DNA of 64,000 nucleotides from Octopus sinensis (GCF_006345805.1 NC_043016.1:6448001-6512000); one strand, 5' to 3'. Counted from the stretch's first letter, positions 26,234 to 39,240 are shown. Translations and numbers: made by a program. Notes: generated by a model from the letters alone, not told the origin.

Positions 26234-27310
26234 TTCTTTTATTTGCCACCAGGGCGAAGGATGAGGGGACAATATGAAGACAGACATAAAGTGTGGAGGT
26301 TTACATACAATGGAATGATAAAATAAAAGGTATATATATGGTATACATTAGAAGGGAAAGATACATAGTATATGTAGAAAAAGAAGGGAAAAAAAGGGAT
26401 TGTGATGGGATCTCTCTAATTCAGGAGGATCTCTAGGGATAATCAAGGAACCCCACCGTCCAAGATCACCTGGAGTAGCAAGAACGAGGGCCCATTCCAA
26501 CTTCTTTCTTGTGGCTCACAGGTCTACACTGCCATTTTTGAAACTGTCACCCATCTTTTGATAAATTCACTCAAGGATAGAACCTCCCTCTCCACCCTCA
26601 ATTTCCTTTTCAAGTGAAATCTGAAAAAGTCAATGAGGGCTTTACTAAAGAGGAAAGTTTCTGTCCTCATTCCTTTCAGCCTTATCTATCAGATAATCTC
26701 TTTCACCACAGACAAAGGAAAACTGCCATGCCAGCCTGATTAAAGGAGGGCGGCAGGGCAATCATCATTATGTTCTCAGATGACAGACGGATCTGTCCTA
26801 TACATGTCAGGAGCTATTCAACAGAACTCCACAAGTCAGCAATATCTGGACACTGAATGAGTACATGCAGAATGGTTTTATTGATCTGTGAGCCCATCTG
26901 ACAACACATCCATGCTTGTAGAGTTTATCTTGAACTGTTAGTGTCCCCTGGTAGCACTGCCAGGCCAAAAACATCTGGAAATTATCCATAACAGTCCCTG
27001 ACTAGAAAGTCCTCCAGAACAGACTTATCAGTTTATCTTCGTTGACACCTAAGGACTCCCTGAGGATGTCATCGCACTTTCCCGCTACTAATCCTCTGTA
27101 AATATCTAAAGTGAATCATCCACTAATCCTTTTGCCCGACTGATAGAGGACAGTGAGTGCCTGATGACATTCTAAGCACTAGGTGCCCAGTCTCAGCCTA
27201 TCCTTTACCCAAGACTGCAGCTCTGTCAAGGAAACAAGCTGCAGAAAGGTATGCTTCACAAACAGAGCCCACACATGTTCCCCTTCTAGAAATTGCTGGG
27301 TGTCTGTGCA
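26233..27310 (-). mobile_element. Tx1/L1-clade LINE 3' fragment abutting an (AAT)n tract
   Basis: Minus-strand remnants MDNFQMFLAWQCYQGTLTVQDKLYKHG and FHLKRKLRVEREVLSLSEFIKRWVTV resemble the zf-RVT region and C-terminus of Tx1/L1 ORF2. The 3' end runs into (AAT)n at 26146-26232, and AAT repeats resume at about 27315. Confidence 0.7.
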
Positions 27311-27402
27311 TTAAAAATAACAATAATAATAATAATACTGCTACTATATAATATTGAATTTAATAAGTACTTTGTTCATTTTATCAATGAGTGAAATATT
27401 AG

Positions 27403-27734
27403 TTGCAACGTGGAAGGTGTTTATAAGCCATTTAAGAAACACACAAAAGCCGTTCGATTCACTTCAACATTTAAGTTTAATTTGTCAAAATATTTTTGTC
27501 GCTTTCAGACCGTGACCTCTTCACTGACAAAAATCCGGATTTTTGTCAGTGAACAGGTCGCGGATTTTAGCGACGAAAATATTTTGACAAATTAAACTTA
27601 AATGTTGAAGTGAATCGAACAGCTTTTGTGTGTTTCTTAAATGGCTTATAAACACCTTCCACACTGCAATTGTTTTCGTTTCAGCACACGATCTCAGATC
27701 AAATCACTTGCTATGCAAGTACATCTCCGTAAAG
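27403..27734. mobile_element. Near-perfect loopless palindrome element (about 134-bp arms) with G3-C8 hammerhead-like motif; Penelope-like family D
   Basis: Symmetry centre 27536/27537 (AAAAATCC|GGATTTTT). Arms end near 27403 and 27670, with a unique tail to 27734. Second copy at 60824-61570. Confidence 0.8.
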
Positions 27735-28459
27735 TTTAAATTATTTGTGAATATATTATTGAAATATATACAAAATACTATTGCAGGGTTGTGGCTGCAA
27801 CATTGTTGATATAAGATATATCATAAGTCTATACATGTTTTGTATAGAGTTTAATACATAGTTAGTATCTGATCAAATTAGATGTTTATTTAATTATTAA
27901 ATTAATATATAATTTATTTGATTAATAAATATAGATTAAATTAGAGTAATTTAGCTTAAGCATAAGATTTTAATTTTAATTAATTAGACTCTTATTTTTT
28001 TTCCAATAAAGATATACTATAGTTTGTTATATTATTCTCAAAGCTAAATATATTTTCACAGATAAAATACAATTTTCTATATATTTAGTCTATTTTTACC
28101 TTAGGTTTTTAACATGATAAATGTATTAAAGACACCTGGTTCTACTTTTTAAGTTTCAAATTTAGTTAATGGAGTTTCTTCTATGTTATTATTTCTTTAA
28201 TATTGTTTAATTCTATTTGGCTATTTATAAAAAATATGTATTTATTTAACTATTATTGTTATTATTGTTGACCTGAGGAGTGACTATACTTTTAAATTGA
28301 ATTGTCTTTGTGATTAAATTTAAATTTAGTTGTAATTTGAATTGAAGTTATAGCCAGCCACCAAACATATATAGTCTTTTTACTTATTATATAATGTTTC
28401 TTCATCTTTTTGTACTTTTTGCGATCTAGATATATGTTTTATAATATATTATAATGTAC

Positions 28460-28585
28460 AAAGACACAGCTGGTAAAATAAGAGATGCCAATGATTTCAG
28501 TAATAAATTGGACATATGGTCGGAGTCCATCAAGGCTCAGTCCTCAGCCTCTTTTTATCCATCATAGTCCTACAGGCCATTACAT
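28460..28585 (+). mobile_element. RTE reverse-transcriptase fragment
   Basis: Translates to VGVHQGSVLSLFLSIIVLQAIT (RT motif QGSVLSP-like). Confidence 0.6.
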
Positions 28586-29824
28586 AATTGTTTATGATTG
28601 GTTTTCCTCTGTGCCAGGGGACAAGAAGTTAGAGCGTGAATAGAAGATACATGGCTATCTTAGTTTCTAGGAGAGAGAAGATATTAAAGATGTGAGTCGG
28701 GTGGGGGTGAAGGCGCGCACGGCTCAGTGGTTAGAGCATCAAGCTTACGATCATGATGTTGTGAGTTCGAATCCCAGACCAGGCTGCGTGTTGTGTTCTT
28801 GAGCAAGACACTTTATTTCACATTGCTCCATTTCACTCAGCTGTAGAAATGAGTTTCGATGTCACTGGTGCCAAGCTGTATCGGCTCCTTTGCCTTTCCC
28901 TTGGATAACACTGGAGGCGTGGAGAGGGGAGGCCGGTATGCATGGGCGACAGCTGGTCTTCCACAAACAACCTTGCCCGGACTTGTGCCTGGGAGGGTAA
29001 CTTCCGAGGTGCAATCCTATGGTCAGTCATGACCAAAGGGGGTCTCCGACTCTTCTTCCGAGTCAGGTGGGGTACTCAAGTTACAGCAAAGTGTATGTGA
29101 GTGAAATGGAACCAAGGATTGAATAAGGTGAGTGGAGACTGAAGGGTGGTGGTGTTTGGAAGAGATTTGTCAGGGTCACATTGTGTGCAGATAGGTTCAT
29201 GAAGATGTGAAGGAGAGAAATGCAGCGAGTGGAAGGAGGGGTGGAGGTGTTAAGTGGGTTGTGGGGGAGAGACTCGTTGGAGACAGATTGTGTGCAAGAC
29301 GAATAGACATAAAGGATATACCTTTATAGCTTTGCTTTTACTTTGCTCTATGGGTTCTTCTCAAGCCCAGCAAACTACCGGTCATCTCAGCTTTTTGTCA
29401 TCTCTCCCAAGAGGCTCAATATCAGAAGATCATTTCTCACCACTTTGTCCCATGTCTTCCTAGGTCTTCCTTTTACACAACTTCCCTCCACGCATGGGTG
29501 CCAGTTATGGAATACCAGCATCAGCCATAACTAAAATCTCAAGCATGGTATACTGCTAACGGTCTCAGTCACTTGTCACTACCTCTGTGAAGCCCAAATT
29601 TCGAAGGGTGCTTTTTTACATACCACTGGCATGGGTGCCATTTCTGTGACACTAGCTTTAGCCATGACTATGATTTCACTTGGCTTGACAAAACTTCTCA
29701 GGCACAGCACATCACCCAACATTCAAAGGGGGCTTTCTACAAGCCACTGGCATCGACCACGACTGTGAATTCACTTGGTTTGACATGTCTTCTGAAGCAC
29801 AGCATATATACATATATATATATA

Positions 29825-29874
<50 letters not shown>

Positions 29875-30224
29875 TGGGCTAATCTAGTTCAATTAATAAA
29901 TTTGTATTGCATTACAGTATTGGACCAATTATCCAACAAGCTTGGGACCAGAAGTGGCCTAGATTTCTGGTTTTTCTGGAGGCAATCTAAACCCTTGTCA
30001 TCATCATCATCATCATCATCATCATTTCTGTTGGTCAGTTTGGCAGGAGATGGCAAGGCCAAGAGCCACACCAGATTCCATAGTCTGTTTTCGCATGATT
30101 TCTATGGTTGGATACCCTTCTTAGTGTCAGTCAATTTGCAGAGCATACTGGGTGCTTTCTTCGTGGCACCAGTATACTTAAAATATGAAATAAACTATGA
30201 AAAGTAAAAAACTAAATTGTATCT

Positions 30225-30510
30225 TCTGTTGTGTCTGGGGAGAGTCATTCTCTTTTGGTGCCTTATAATTTAACACACTCACTGGTAAAAATTTCCCCTT
30301 ATTTCTTTTTTATTTTTTTTATTTTCTAAAAACTATTGAAAAGGTTGCAAAACACAATGAAAATTTTAGAAAAAAAAATAAGTGGAAATTTTACCAGTGA
30401 GTGTGTTAAATTATAAGGTACTCAAAGAGAATGACTCTCCCCAGACACAACAGAATATGCTTCAACACACGGACTCACATAAAGAATCTTGCAAACCAAA
30501 TCCAAAAACG
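30225..30510 (+). mobile_element. Foldback element, family A, with U3-A8 hammerhead-like motif at 30333-30369
   Basis: Arms TCTGTTGTGTCTGGGGAGAGTCATTCTCTTT...CACTCACTGGTAAAA / TTTTACCAGTGAGTG...AGAGAATGACTCTCCCCAGACACAACAGA. Centre CTA-TTGAAAA-G-GTTGC-AAAAC-ACAAT-GAAAA-TTT-TAG. Confidence 0.75.
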
Positions 30511-31989
30511 AAATAAATATGTATTTTACAGATTCAAATTAATACATTTTTAAAGCTGGGTTTCTTTGATATTTATTAAAAATTCTTAAAATATCTCATA
30601 TTTCTAACATCTACACAGTTATAATGTTTATAGGAAGAAAATTAAAGAAAAATTTGACAGATATAAGTACAGGTTGTAAACTTTTGAAGCTGAGAATGTT
30701 TAGCTTTTATCAATCCACATAAAAAAGGTTAAGAACAAGATTATTTTTAACACATCATATGCAGATTAACCATCTTCAAGAACAAGATCAGGTTACTCAA
30801 TATTTTGCAATGTACATTGCAGAATATTGCACAATATCCAGAGATTTCTTGAAATTCTGTATTTCTGGAAGCTAAATTTTGGTTTTCTATATATTGTTTC
30901 AATGCTGTAATGAGTAAAGACCCCTTTTTATCATGAATGACAATGGGATTGCACCTAGAAAGTTCCCCTCTGAGGCACAAGTCTGGGCAAAGTTGTCTAT
31001 GGAAGACTCGCAGTTGCCCATGCATACCAGCCTCCCCTCTCTGCACCACTGATGTTATCCAAAGGAAAGGCAAAGCCAGGTACAGCTTACACATTGCAAC
31101 TGATTTCCACGGCTGAGTGAACTGGAGCAATGTGAAATGAAGTGTCTTGCTCAAGAGTACAACACATAACCTGGTCCAAGAATCGAACTCGCTACCTCAT
31201 GTTTGTGAACCTGATGCTCTAATCACTGAGCCATGTGCCTTCATTGTATTACATAAAAACTGTACTGTATTACATAATAAACCCTTGTTGTGGGTTTGTG
31301 ATGGTGGATGTGTATGATGTTGATGACCATCTCTGTGTGGTCTGGCTGGCCACATTTATTATAAATGAAGCAACACATGACCTTTTAACATATTTATTGA
31401 TGAGAATGATTAACTGTGTTGGTTATCTAAAAAAGAAAGATGCAAATGAAATAACTGTCAGCTGGGAGGAGAGAAATGTGGTGTGTCTTGTTGAAGGTTG
31501 GCTATTGTACATCATGTATGAGTGTCTGAAGTCATCTCTTGTTCAAGGGAATCTGCCTGAGTGCCTGAGGTGGCTTGCCTTTGAGTTAGGTGCCAAACTG
31601 TTTGAGTAGAATAAAAAAGGGGTGAATTTTAAATCATCCGAGAAGCCATATGTAACAGCTTCACTCTAATTGGTTGATTTATAGATCAATCTTATGAAAC
31701 TGTAGTGGTTTATTCAGGATCCCTAACTGAATATTTTGCGGTCAGAGTTCAAATCCCTATAGATGTATTACAGATGTCTGTAATTGGGAGATGTAAACAT
31801 TTTGTCATTTATGTATATATAAATTGTCCAACCCATGCCAGCATGGAAAGCGGACATTAAATGATGCTGACAATGATGAGAAGATACATCATGGCATCAA
31901 CCAAACTACTGGATGTTGTTATACATCATTGGTCACAATGCACTTTGCATTGTTTTAGCTTTTTAATGACACCACCCCACTGGTTAGAG

Positions 31990-32666
31990 CAGGGGTTCTC
32001 AACCATTTATTATCTACGGATCTCTTTGAATACTATTTTATTCTCATGAACTCCCATAGCCATTCCATATTTTAAAAACTAGTCTTATAGATACTTCTTT
32101 CAAAATTCTTAATTTGTTTTCCCCCATTAACTTGTGATGGTTGAACTATGTAAAATGTTGGAGGAAGAAACCTAGCTGTGTCTTGCAATACATGGTAATT
32201 TTTTTTGTTTGTTTGTTCCTTCTCGAGCTATGCCTGGCTCATAAGAGCCGGTTTCCTGGTTTCTTGGCATATAGGTTCCCTACCTGGACGGAACACCGGT
32301 CCATCGCAGGTGAGCTGCAAGATGCAGGAGGAAAGAGTGAGAGAAAGTTGTGGTGAAAGAGTCAGCAGAAGTTTCGCCATTACCTTCTGCTGGAGCTGTG
32401 TGGAGCTTAGGTGTTTCGCTCATAAATACATGCATCGTCCAGTCTGAGATTCGAACCCGTGATCCCTCGATCATGAGTCCGCTGCTCTAACCACTAGGCC
32501 ACGTGCCTCCACAATACATACCAATATGGACATTGAAAGCAAAACTTTTTCAGGGGCCCTTAAATTACTATTGTGGATCCCCAATTTACTATTTCGTTGC
32601 GTGTACCCCCCCCCCCAATCTTATGTGACCTTCGGGGGCCATATGGGCCCCAGTTGAGAACCACTG
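31990..32666. mobile_element. hAT-like MITE containing a nested SINE
   Basis: TIR CAGGGGTTCTCAAC / GTTGAGAACCACTG. Imperfect 8-bp flanks GGTTAGAG/GGTTAAAT. Confidence 0.75.
32205..32513 (-). mobile_element. tRNA-headed SINE (related partial copy at 22840-22997)
   Basis: Minus-strand head TGTGGAGGCACGTGGCCTAGTGGTTAGAGCAGCGGACTC...GGGTTCGAATCTC with clear A and B boxes. Confidence 0.8.
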
Positions 32667-33389
32667 GGTTAAATGATAAGGCAAATGCTTCCCCTGATTG
32701 GAAGGCTATTCCATCAGAGTGGTACTCATTTACAACTGAGTGGACTGAAACAATGTAAAATGAAGTGTTTTACTCATATATATATACACATACACACATA
32801 TATATGCATATATGCACACATACCTATTTCTTTATTACCCACAAGGGGCTAAACATAGAGGGTATATACACACATACCAACCGATCATGGCCGTTGCCAG
32901 CCTCGCCTGGCACCTGTGCAGGTGGCACGTTAAAAGAACCCACTACACTCACGGAGTGGTTGGCGTTAGGAAGGGCATCCAGCTGTAGAAACATTGCCAG
33001 ATCAGACTGGGCCTGGTGCAGCCTCCTGACTTCCCAGACCCCAGTTGAACCGTCCAACCCATGCTAGCATGGAAAATGGACGTTAAACAATGATGATGAT
33101 GATGATGATGCATATGCATATATATATATATATATATATGCACACATAACATATCTGCCTTAATACTTCCACCCTCTACAAGTGCCCACACATTACTTTC
33201 CATCTACCAAATCTACTTACAAGGTGTTGGTCAGCCCAAGAGTGTAGAAGACATTTGTCCAAGGTGCCATGAAGTGGAACTGAACCTGGAACCATGTGGT
33301 TGAGAAACAAATTTCTTACCACATAGCTATGTCTATATGAATATATCTATATCTATCTATCTATCTGTCTATATAACTTCCAATCATCA

Positions 33390-33859
33390 CCATCATTATC
33401 CATTTTCCGTGCTAGCATGGGTTGGACGGTTCGACCGGGGATCTGGGAAGCTAGGAGGCCGCAGCAGGCTCCAATCTGATCTGGCAGTGTTTCTACAGCT
33501 GGATGCCCTTCCTAATGCCAACCACTCCGTGAGTGTAGTGGGTGTCTTTTATGTGCCACCGGTATGGGTATGGATGGTGCTTTTTATGTGCCACCGGTAT
33601 GGGTATGGATGGTGCCTTTTATGTGCCACCGGTATGGGTATGGATGGTGCTTTTTATGTGCCACCGGTATGGGTATCACAACTACAATTTCCATTGTTTT
33701 TCATTTTGATATTGATGTACTTGACTCAACAGGTCTCCTCAAGCACAGCAGGTCGCCCTACGATCCAAGGTACTTTTGAATGGCTGGGGCTGGTTATGCA
33801 AATCTGGTGTAGAATACAGCTGTGAACTCACTTTATTTGCCGGGTCTTCACAGTCACAG

Positions 33860-33860
<1 letters not shown>
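33390..33860 (-). mobile_element. RTE 3' UTR fragment with an internal 35-bp tandem array (about 4 copies, 33545-33675)
   Basis: Unit GGATGGTGCTTTTTATGTGCCACCGGTATGGGTAT. Confidence 0.75.
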
Positions 33861-33928
<68 letters not shown>

Positions 33929-34143
33929 ATATATATATATATATAAACTTCCAAATATATATATCTTCTATTCTTTTACCTGTTTCAGACTGTGGCCTTG
34001 TTGAGCAACGCCTTTAGTTGAAGAAATTGACTTCATGACTTATTCTTTGTAATCCTTATTCTACTGGTCTCTTTTGTTGAACTCCTAAGTTACAGGGACG
34101 TAAACGCACCGACATTGGTTGTTAAGTGATGGTGGGAGGACAA

Positions 34144-34352
34144 TGTGACCACGTGTGTACCATTGGTGATTTTTTTTTCCTCCGTCTTCCCTTCTCTGGA
34201 TCTTTCCTTTTCCTATGTTTCCGACGAAGAGCTCTGCTTGAAACGTTAAACCCTCCTTCTTCCCGTCCTTCCTGAGCGTCCAATAACACTATACTTGTTC
34301 CACGTTTTCGTGTTGTTGTATTTTCTCTTTGTGTTTTCATGTTTGGATTAAC
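34144..34352 (+). mobile_element. Penelope-like short repeat, family C, hammerhead-like motif at 34217-34251
   Basis: GTTT-CCGACGA-A-GAGCTCTGCTT-GAAAC-GTT-AAAC. Confidence 0.65.
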
Positions 34353-34384
34353 TTTATATATATATATCTATTATGATGATGATA

Positions 34385-34425
<41 letters not shown>

Positions 34426-34808
34426 TACTGGTATCCTTATATATTACTATATTTTATATCTATATATTATATGTAAAGAATAATATGCTATATGTATGTA
34501 TATTATTGTAATTATCATTTTAGTAAATAAATAAATAAGTTAACATAACATAATGTCTAAAAGTTGATGAACCACCTATTGATCCCCTCCATTTTCTTAT
34601 TGCTATATATATATATATATATTATATACAACTACAGGCTTTTCAGTTTCTGTTTACCAAATCCATCCACAAAGTTTTTCGTTGGCCTGAGGCTATAGTA
34701 GAAGACACTTGCCCAAGTTGGTTGGAAAGCAAGCTTTTTTACTACATAGCCACTCCTGTGCCATATATTATATATATCATCATCATCATCTCATCATCAT
34801 CAATAATT

Positions 34809-34847
<39 letters not shown>

Positions 34848-35135
34848 ATATATAATATATATATTATATATATATATATATATACATATATAGATATATA
34901 TATAAGGATAATATCGATATTTAAATATCGATCTCATCAAGTGGCCAGCATGGAAATAAATACCATACAATGTAATAATTATTTAAAACTATGAATAAGG
35001 TATCTGAGAGATACTACCATGCTGAAATATATATCTACACAAAATATTTGATGTTATAAATATAATTATAAAATCATAATAAGGGCAACTACTGAGTTGT
35101 ATCACATGCTAGAAGACGCCAAATGGCTCAAAAAC

Positions 35136-35166
<31 letters not shown>

Positions 35167-35381
35167 CTCTTTACTCTTACTCTTTTACTTGTTTCAGTCA
35201 TGTGACTGTGGCCATGCTGGAGCACCGCCTTTAGTCGAGCAAATCAACCCCAGGTCTTATTCTTTGTAAGCCTAGTAGTTATTCTATCGGTCTCTTTTTG
35301 CCGAACCGCTAAGTTACGGGGACGTAAACATACCACCATCTGTTGTCAAGCAATATTGGAGGGACAAACACAGACACACAT

Positions 35382-35414
<33 letters not shown>

Positions 35415-35776
35415 AAGCACCCACTACACTCACGGAGTGGTTGGCGTTAGGAAGGGCATCCAGCTGCAGAAACATTGCCAGATAAGACCGGAGCCTGGTG
35501 CAGCCTTCTGGCTTCCCAGATCCCCGGTCGAACCGTCCAACCCATGCTAGCATGGAGAACGGACGTTAAACGATGATGATGATGATATGTATATATATAT
35601 ATATACATACATATATACGACGGACTTCTTTCAGTTTCTGTCTACCAAATCCACTCACAAAGCTTTGGTAGGCCCGAGACTATAGTAGAAGACACTTGCC
35701 CAAGGAGCCACGCAGTGGGACTGAACTCGGAACCATGTGGTTGGTAAGCAAGCTACTTACCACACAGCCACTCCTA
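35167..35776 (-). mobile_element. CORE-like SINE with an RTE tail nested in its internal microsatellite
   Basis: SINE halves at 35167-35400 and 35600-35776; RTE tail on + at 35415-35586 ending in (GAT)n. Confidence 0.8.
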
Positions 35777-36932
35777 GGTTCCTCCCTGAGGCTATGGGTG
35801 GTAGAAAACACTTGTTATCCAAAGTGTATTATACATGTCTCCAATGTCAAAGAAAGTATGCTGTTGTTGATGACATCTGAACTCAGGTGTGAAACCAGTT
35901 CAGCTGAAACAGCTCTTATTTACCTGTGAAGTTATTGTAGGTAAATTTACGGCATTAAAATCAGTCATTATATACAAATGTTGGCAACAAAAATCCATAG
36001 GTACATATATATATTATAGAATATATTCCATGTTGCAGAATGGCATGGCATTAAAGAAGAATACCATGGCATTAAAGAAGAATACCATTATTATGCTAAT
36101 AATTTATGTGTATATGTGTGTATGTATGTGTCCGTGTGTGTATATATATATGTAAGAATTGTGTGTATATATGTGTATGTATGTGTATGTATGTATATGT
36201 ATATATATATGTGCGTATTTTACATATGTGTATATGTATATACATGTATGCGTAATATGTGTATGTATGGATGCATGTGTGTGCATATGTACGCATGTAT
36301 GTGTGTGTACATGTGCGTATATATGCGTGTGTATGTATTTATATGTATGTGTATGTGTACGTTTGCATTTATGCGTATGTATTATGTTAGTGTGTAAAAT
36401 TAGGAGCAAGGAGCCATAGTTGGGAAAAGTAAAAACAGCAAAATATGATATAGAAAAACAAATCTTTTAAAATACTAAGAAAAAAAGAAAGAAAGAAAGG
36501 AAAGCGAGGAAGATTCAAGACAGAGTAAAAGAGTAAAAAGGTAGATAGGAGAATTGAAAGAGATAGAAAGACACAAAGCGAATAGAGATAGAATTGAATC
36601 TATATATATATATATATATGTATGTATATATATGTATATGTATATTACAGAGAGTGAGTGAGAGAAAGAGAAAGAGAGAGGGAGAGAGAGAGGGAGAGAG
36701 AGAAGGAGGAAGAGTCAATAAGAGTGAGTAAAAGGAGAGAGTGATGCGGAGGCAAGCGACATGAAATCTTAGCATTGCAGATAATTTTAGCATGAAATAA
36801 CACACAGTTGCACGTGTACTACCTTATATATTTGTAGATGTGTACGTAAACAGATGTGTACGTAAACGTCTATCTATATCTTATCTTTATAAACCCACAG
36901 TTTTTATATGTCTATATTTATATAACCACGCC

Positions 36933-37011
<79 letters not shown>
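36933..37011. repeat. (TCTA)n microsatellite
   Basis: Directly visible. Confidence 0.95.
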
Positions 37012-37689
37012 CATTTAGGCCACAACATCTCTCTATAATACCTATCTATGGATAGGTATTATATACACAGACTATAACCTTCATCCTATATACCTCGCTT
37101 CTTATACGGACCTTAGCATCTATCCCTTTCTAAGCCTATAAAGACCACACAACATCATCTATCTATCAATATCATTACATCTATATTTATCTATCTACTT
37201 GTATATATACCTATATATATTTGCCCGTTCATAATAAAGAAGACTATATCGTAAAACAGAAAAGCAGGAAAACAAGGTAGAAATCTTTAAAAATCAGGAA
37301 ACGGATTGCAGGCACAAAAAGGACAACAACAACGACAACAACAACATCTTGTATTTGAACAGTATTAAAAACATACCATCCTAATCGCCACCATCACCAT
37401 AAACAAACATTATACATTCTATATTTTATTGTTTGGCATACTATGAATTGTTAACATAATAATAATAATTATTATTATTTTACATATAAATGTAAGAAAC
37501 ACTACTTTCTTCATTCATTCATTTTATTTTCTTTCAATTACTAATTTATTTATTCATTGAAATCGTTTTCTACTCACAAATTCGTTCTTCTTTCTTTCTT
37601 TCATTCATTCAAAACCACTCAAAAACCTATTCATTCATTCGTTTGTTTTTGTTTTTTTTCTCTCTCTCCTCTCTCTCTAACGATCAAAA

Positions 37690-37808
37690 GAAGAAAGGAA
37701 CTACACGGAAGACCTGGTCTTGTTTTGTCGCAATTTCCATTGTAGTACGCGCGGGTCAGTTTGTTTTGGTGATTTCCTTACTTACCACATTCCCTTCTTC
37801 AAATAAGA
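37690..37808 (+). promoter_or_regulatory. Putative core promoter and 5' UTR of the USP gene
   Basis: Local CpG enrichment (CGCGCG at 37748-37753) in a CpG-poor window. Inr-like TCAGTT at 37756-37761, about 50 nt before the ATG. ACTACA motifs on both strands at about 37700 and 37741. Confidence 0.45.
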
Positions 37809-37902
37809 ATGGCATTTGAGAAAAAACCGGCGGAAAAAGAACAACTAAGAACGGTTGTTTTGGCAATTGACGAAAGCGAATGTTCGGATTTCGCTTGGGA
37901 AT
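37809..37902 (+). CDS. First coding exon of a universal stress protein (UspA-like) gene; downstream exons not found in window
   Basis: ATG at 37809 gives MAFEKKPAEKEQLRTVVLAIDESECSDFAWE plus one nt (T), then a consensus donor GTAAGT at 37903 (phase 1). RTVVLAIDESECSDFAW matches the USP beta1-alpha1 pattern (R-x-V-[LV]-[IL]-A-[IV]-D-x-S-x-x-S-x-x-A-[FW]-x-[WY]). Too short for the ORF track. Confidence 0.8.
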
Positions 37903-38539
37903 GTAAGTAATACGAAATATTTTCTTTACATCATTAATACTACTATACTACATCAATAAATAATATATCATTTTATATTATATTATTTTATTTTATATTA
38001 TTTTATATTATATTATTTTATATTATATTATATGATTTTATATTATATTATCTTATATTATATTATATTATATTATATTATATTATTTTATATTATACTA
38101 TATCATATGATGTTACTTTATACTATATTGTTTTGTTATACAGTCTTAGATCGCATTACATTTTTCTATGATATTGTTGTATATTATTTTTATAATATGC
38201 CTTATATAATGCTAACACTTTATTAAATTATATTGTATTTGCTTTGACTTATGTATTGCTTTGTATTTATATCTATGTTGGACTTTAATCTTATTCCATG
38301 ACTATATTATATTGAGTTACACATGTGTACAAATATGTTTTAGTTAATATCATTTTATATTAGTGTCTTGTTTCTTTGGTTAAACATCTCACTATATGTT
38401 CATGTAATTAGCTGGCCATTTCGATTTGTTTACAGCAAAGCAAAAGAAGAGGTGTCTTACACGCCTCCCACATAAGTAAACATCACACCTTCTCTTCACA
38501 TTAATTTTCAGTGTATTTGTTTATGCTTTATGTATATAT

Positions 38540-38604
38540 ATATATATTTATGTTATACATACATACATACATACATACATACATACTATATATATATAAT
38601 ATAT

Positions 38605-38635
<31 letters not shown>

Positions 38636-38930
38636 ATTATGTATATGCAAGCATATACACATATATGTAAATATATACATATGCTTGTGTATATACATAC
38701 ATATATGTATGTACATATATGAATGTGTGTATATATTATATGTATGTATATATACATAGGCATGCATATCTATGTGTAATATATACGTATATGTATGTGC
38801 ATATACATATATATGCCTATATATATATTATATATGCATGTATGTATGTTATATGTATATATGGTACATGTATGTATATGTATACATATGTATTTATGCA
38901 TGTATATATGTATCTATCTACATATCTATT

Positions 38931-38991
<61 letters not shown>

Positions 38992-39011
38992 GTATATAAA
39001 TATATATATAC

Positions 39012-39061
<50 letters not shown>

Positions 39062-39072
39062 GTATATATATT

Positions 39073-39128
<56 letters not shown>

Positions 39129-39179
39129 GTAATATATATATATATATATAATACGTATATATATTATATATATATATAC

Positions 39180-39215
<36 letters not shown>

Positions 39216-39240
39216 GTATATGTGTGTGTGTGTGTGTGTA
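38540..39240. repeat. Long degenerate (TA)n/(TATG)n tract in the USP first intron
   Basis: Directly visible. Confidence 0.9.

Noticed and set aside
27735-28450. Very AT-rich stretch considered as a mitochondrial insertion
   Set aside because: No recognisable mitochondrial rRNA or protein motif could be confirmed; BLASTn against the mitogenome would settle it.
28711-28790. tRNA-like sequences (also 32440-32513 and 47949-48020)
   Set aside because: They lack a complete acceptor stem and continue into SINE bodies, so they are SINE heads rather than tRNA genes.
35915-35930. Minus-strand CACAG|GTAAAT after a long AG-free zone (also TTTCAG|GTGAGA near 9490), suggesting recursive splice sites
   Set aside because: No host transcript is established and such motifs are expected by chance in AT-rich DNA.
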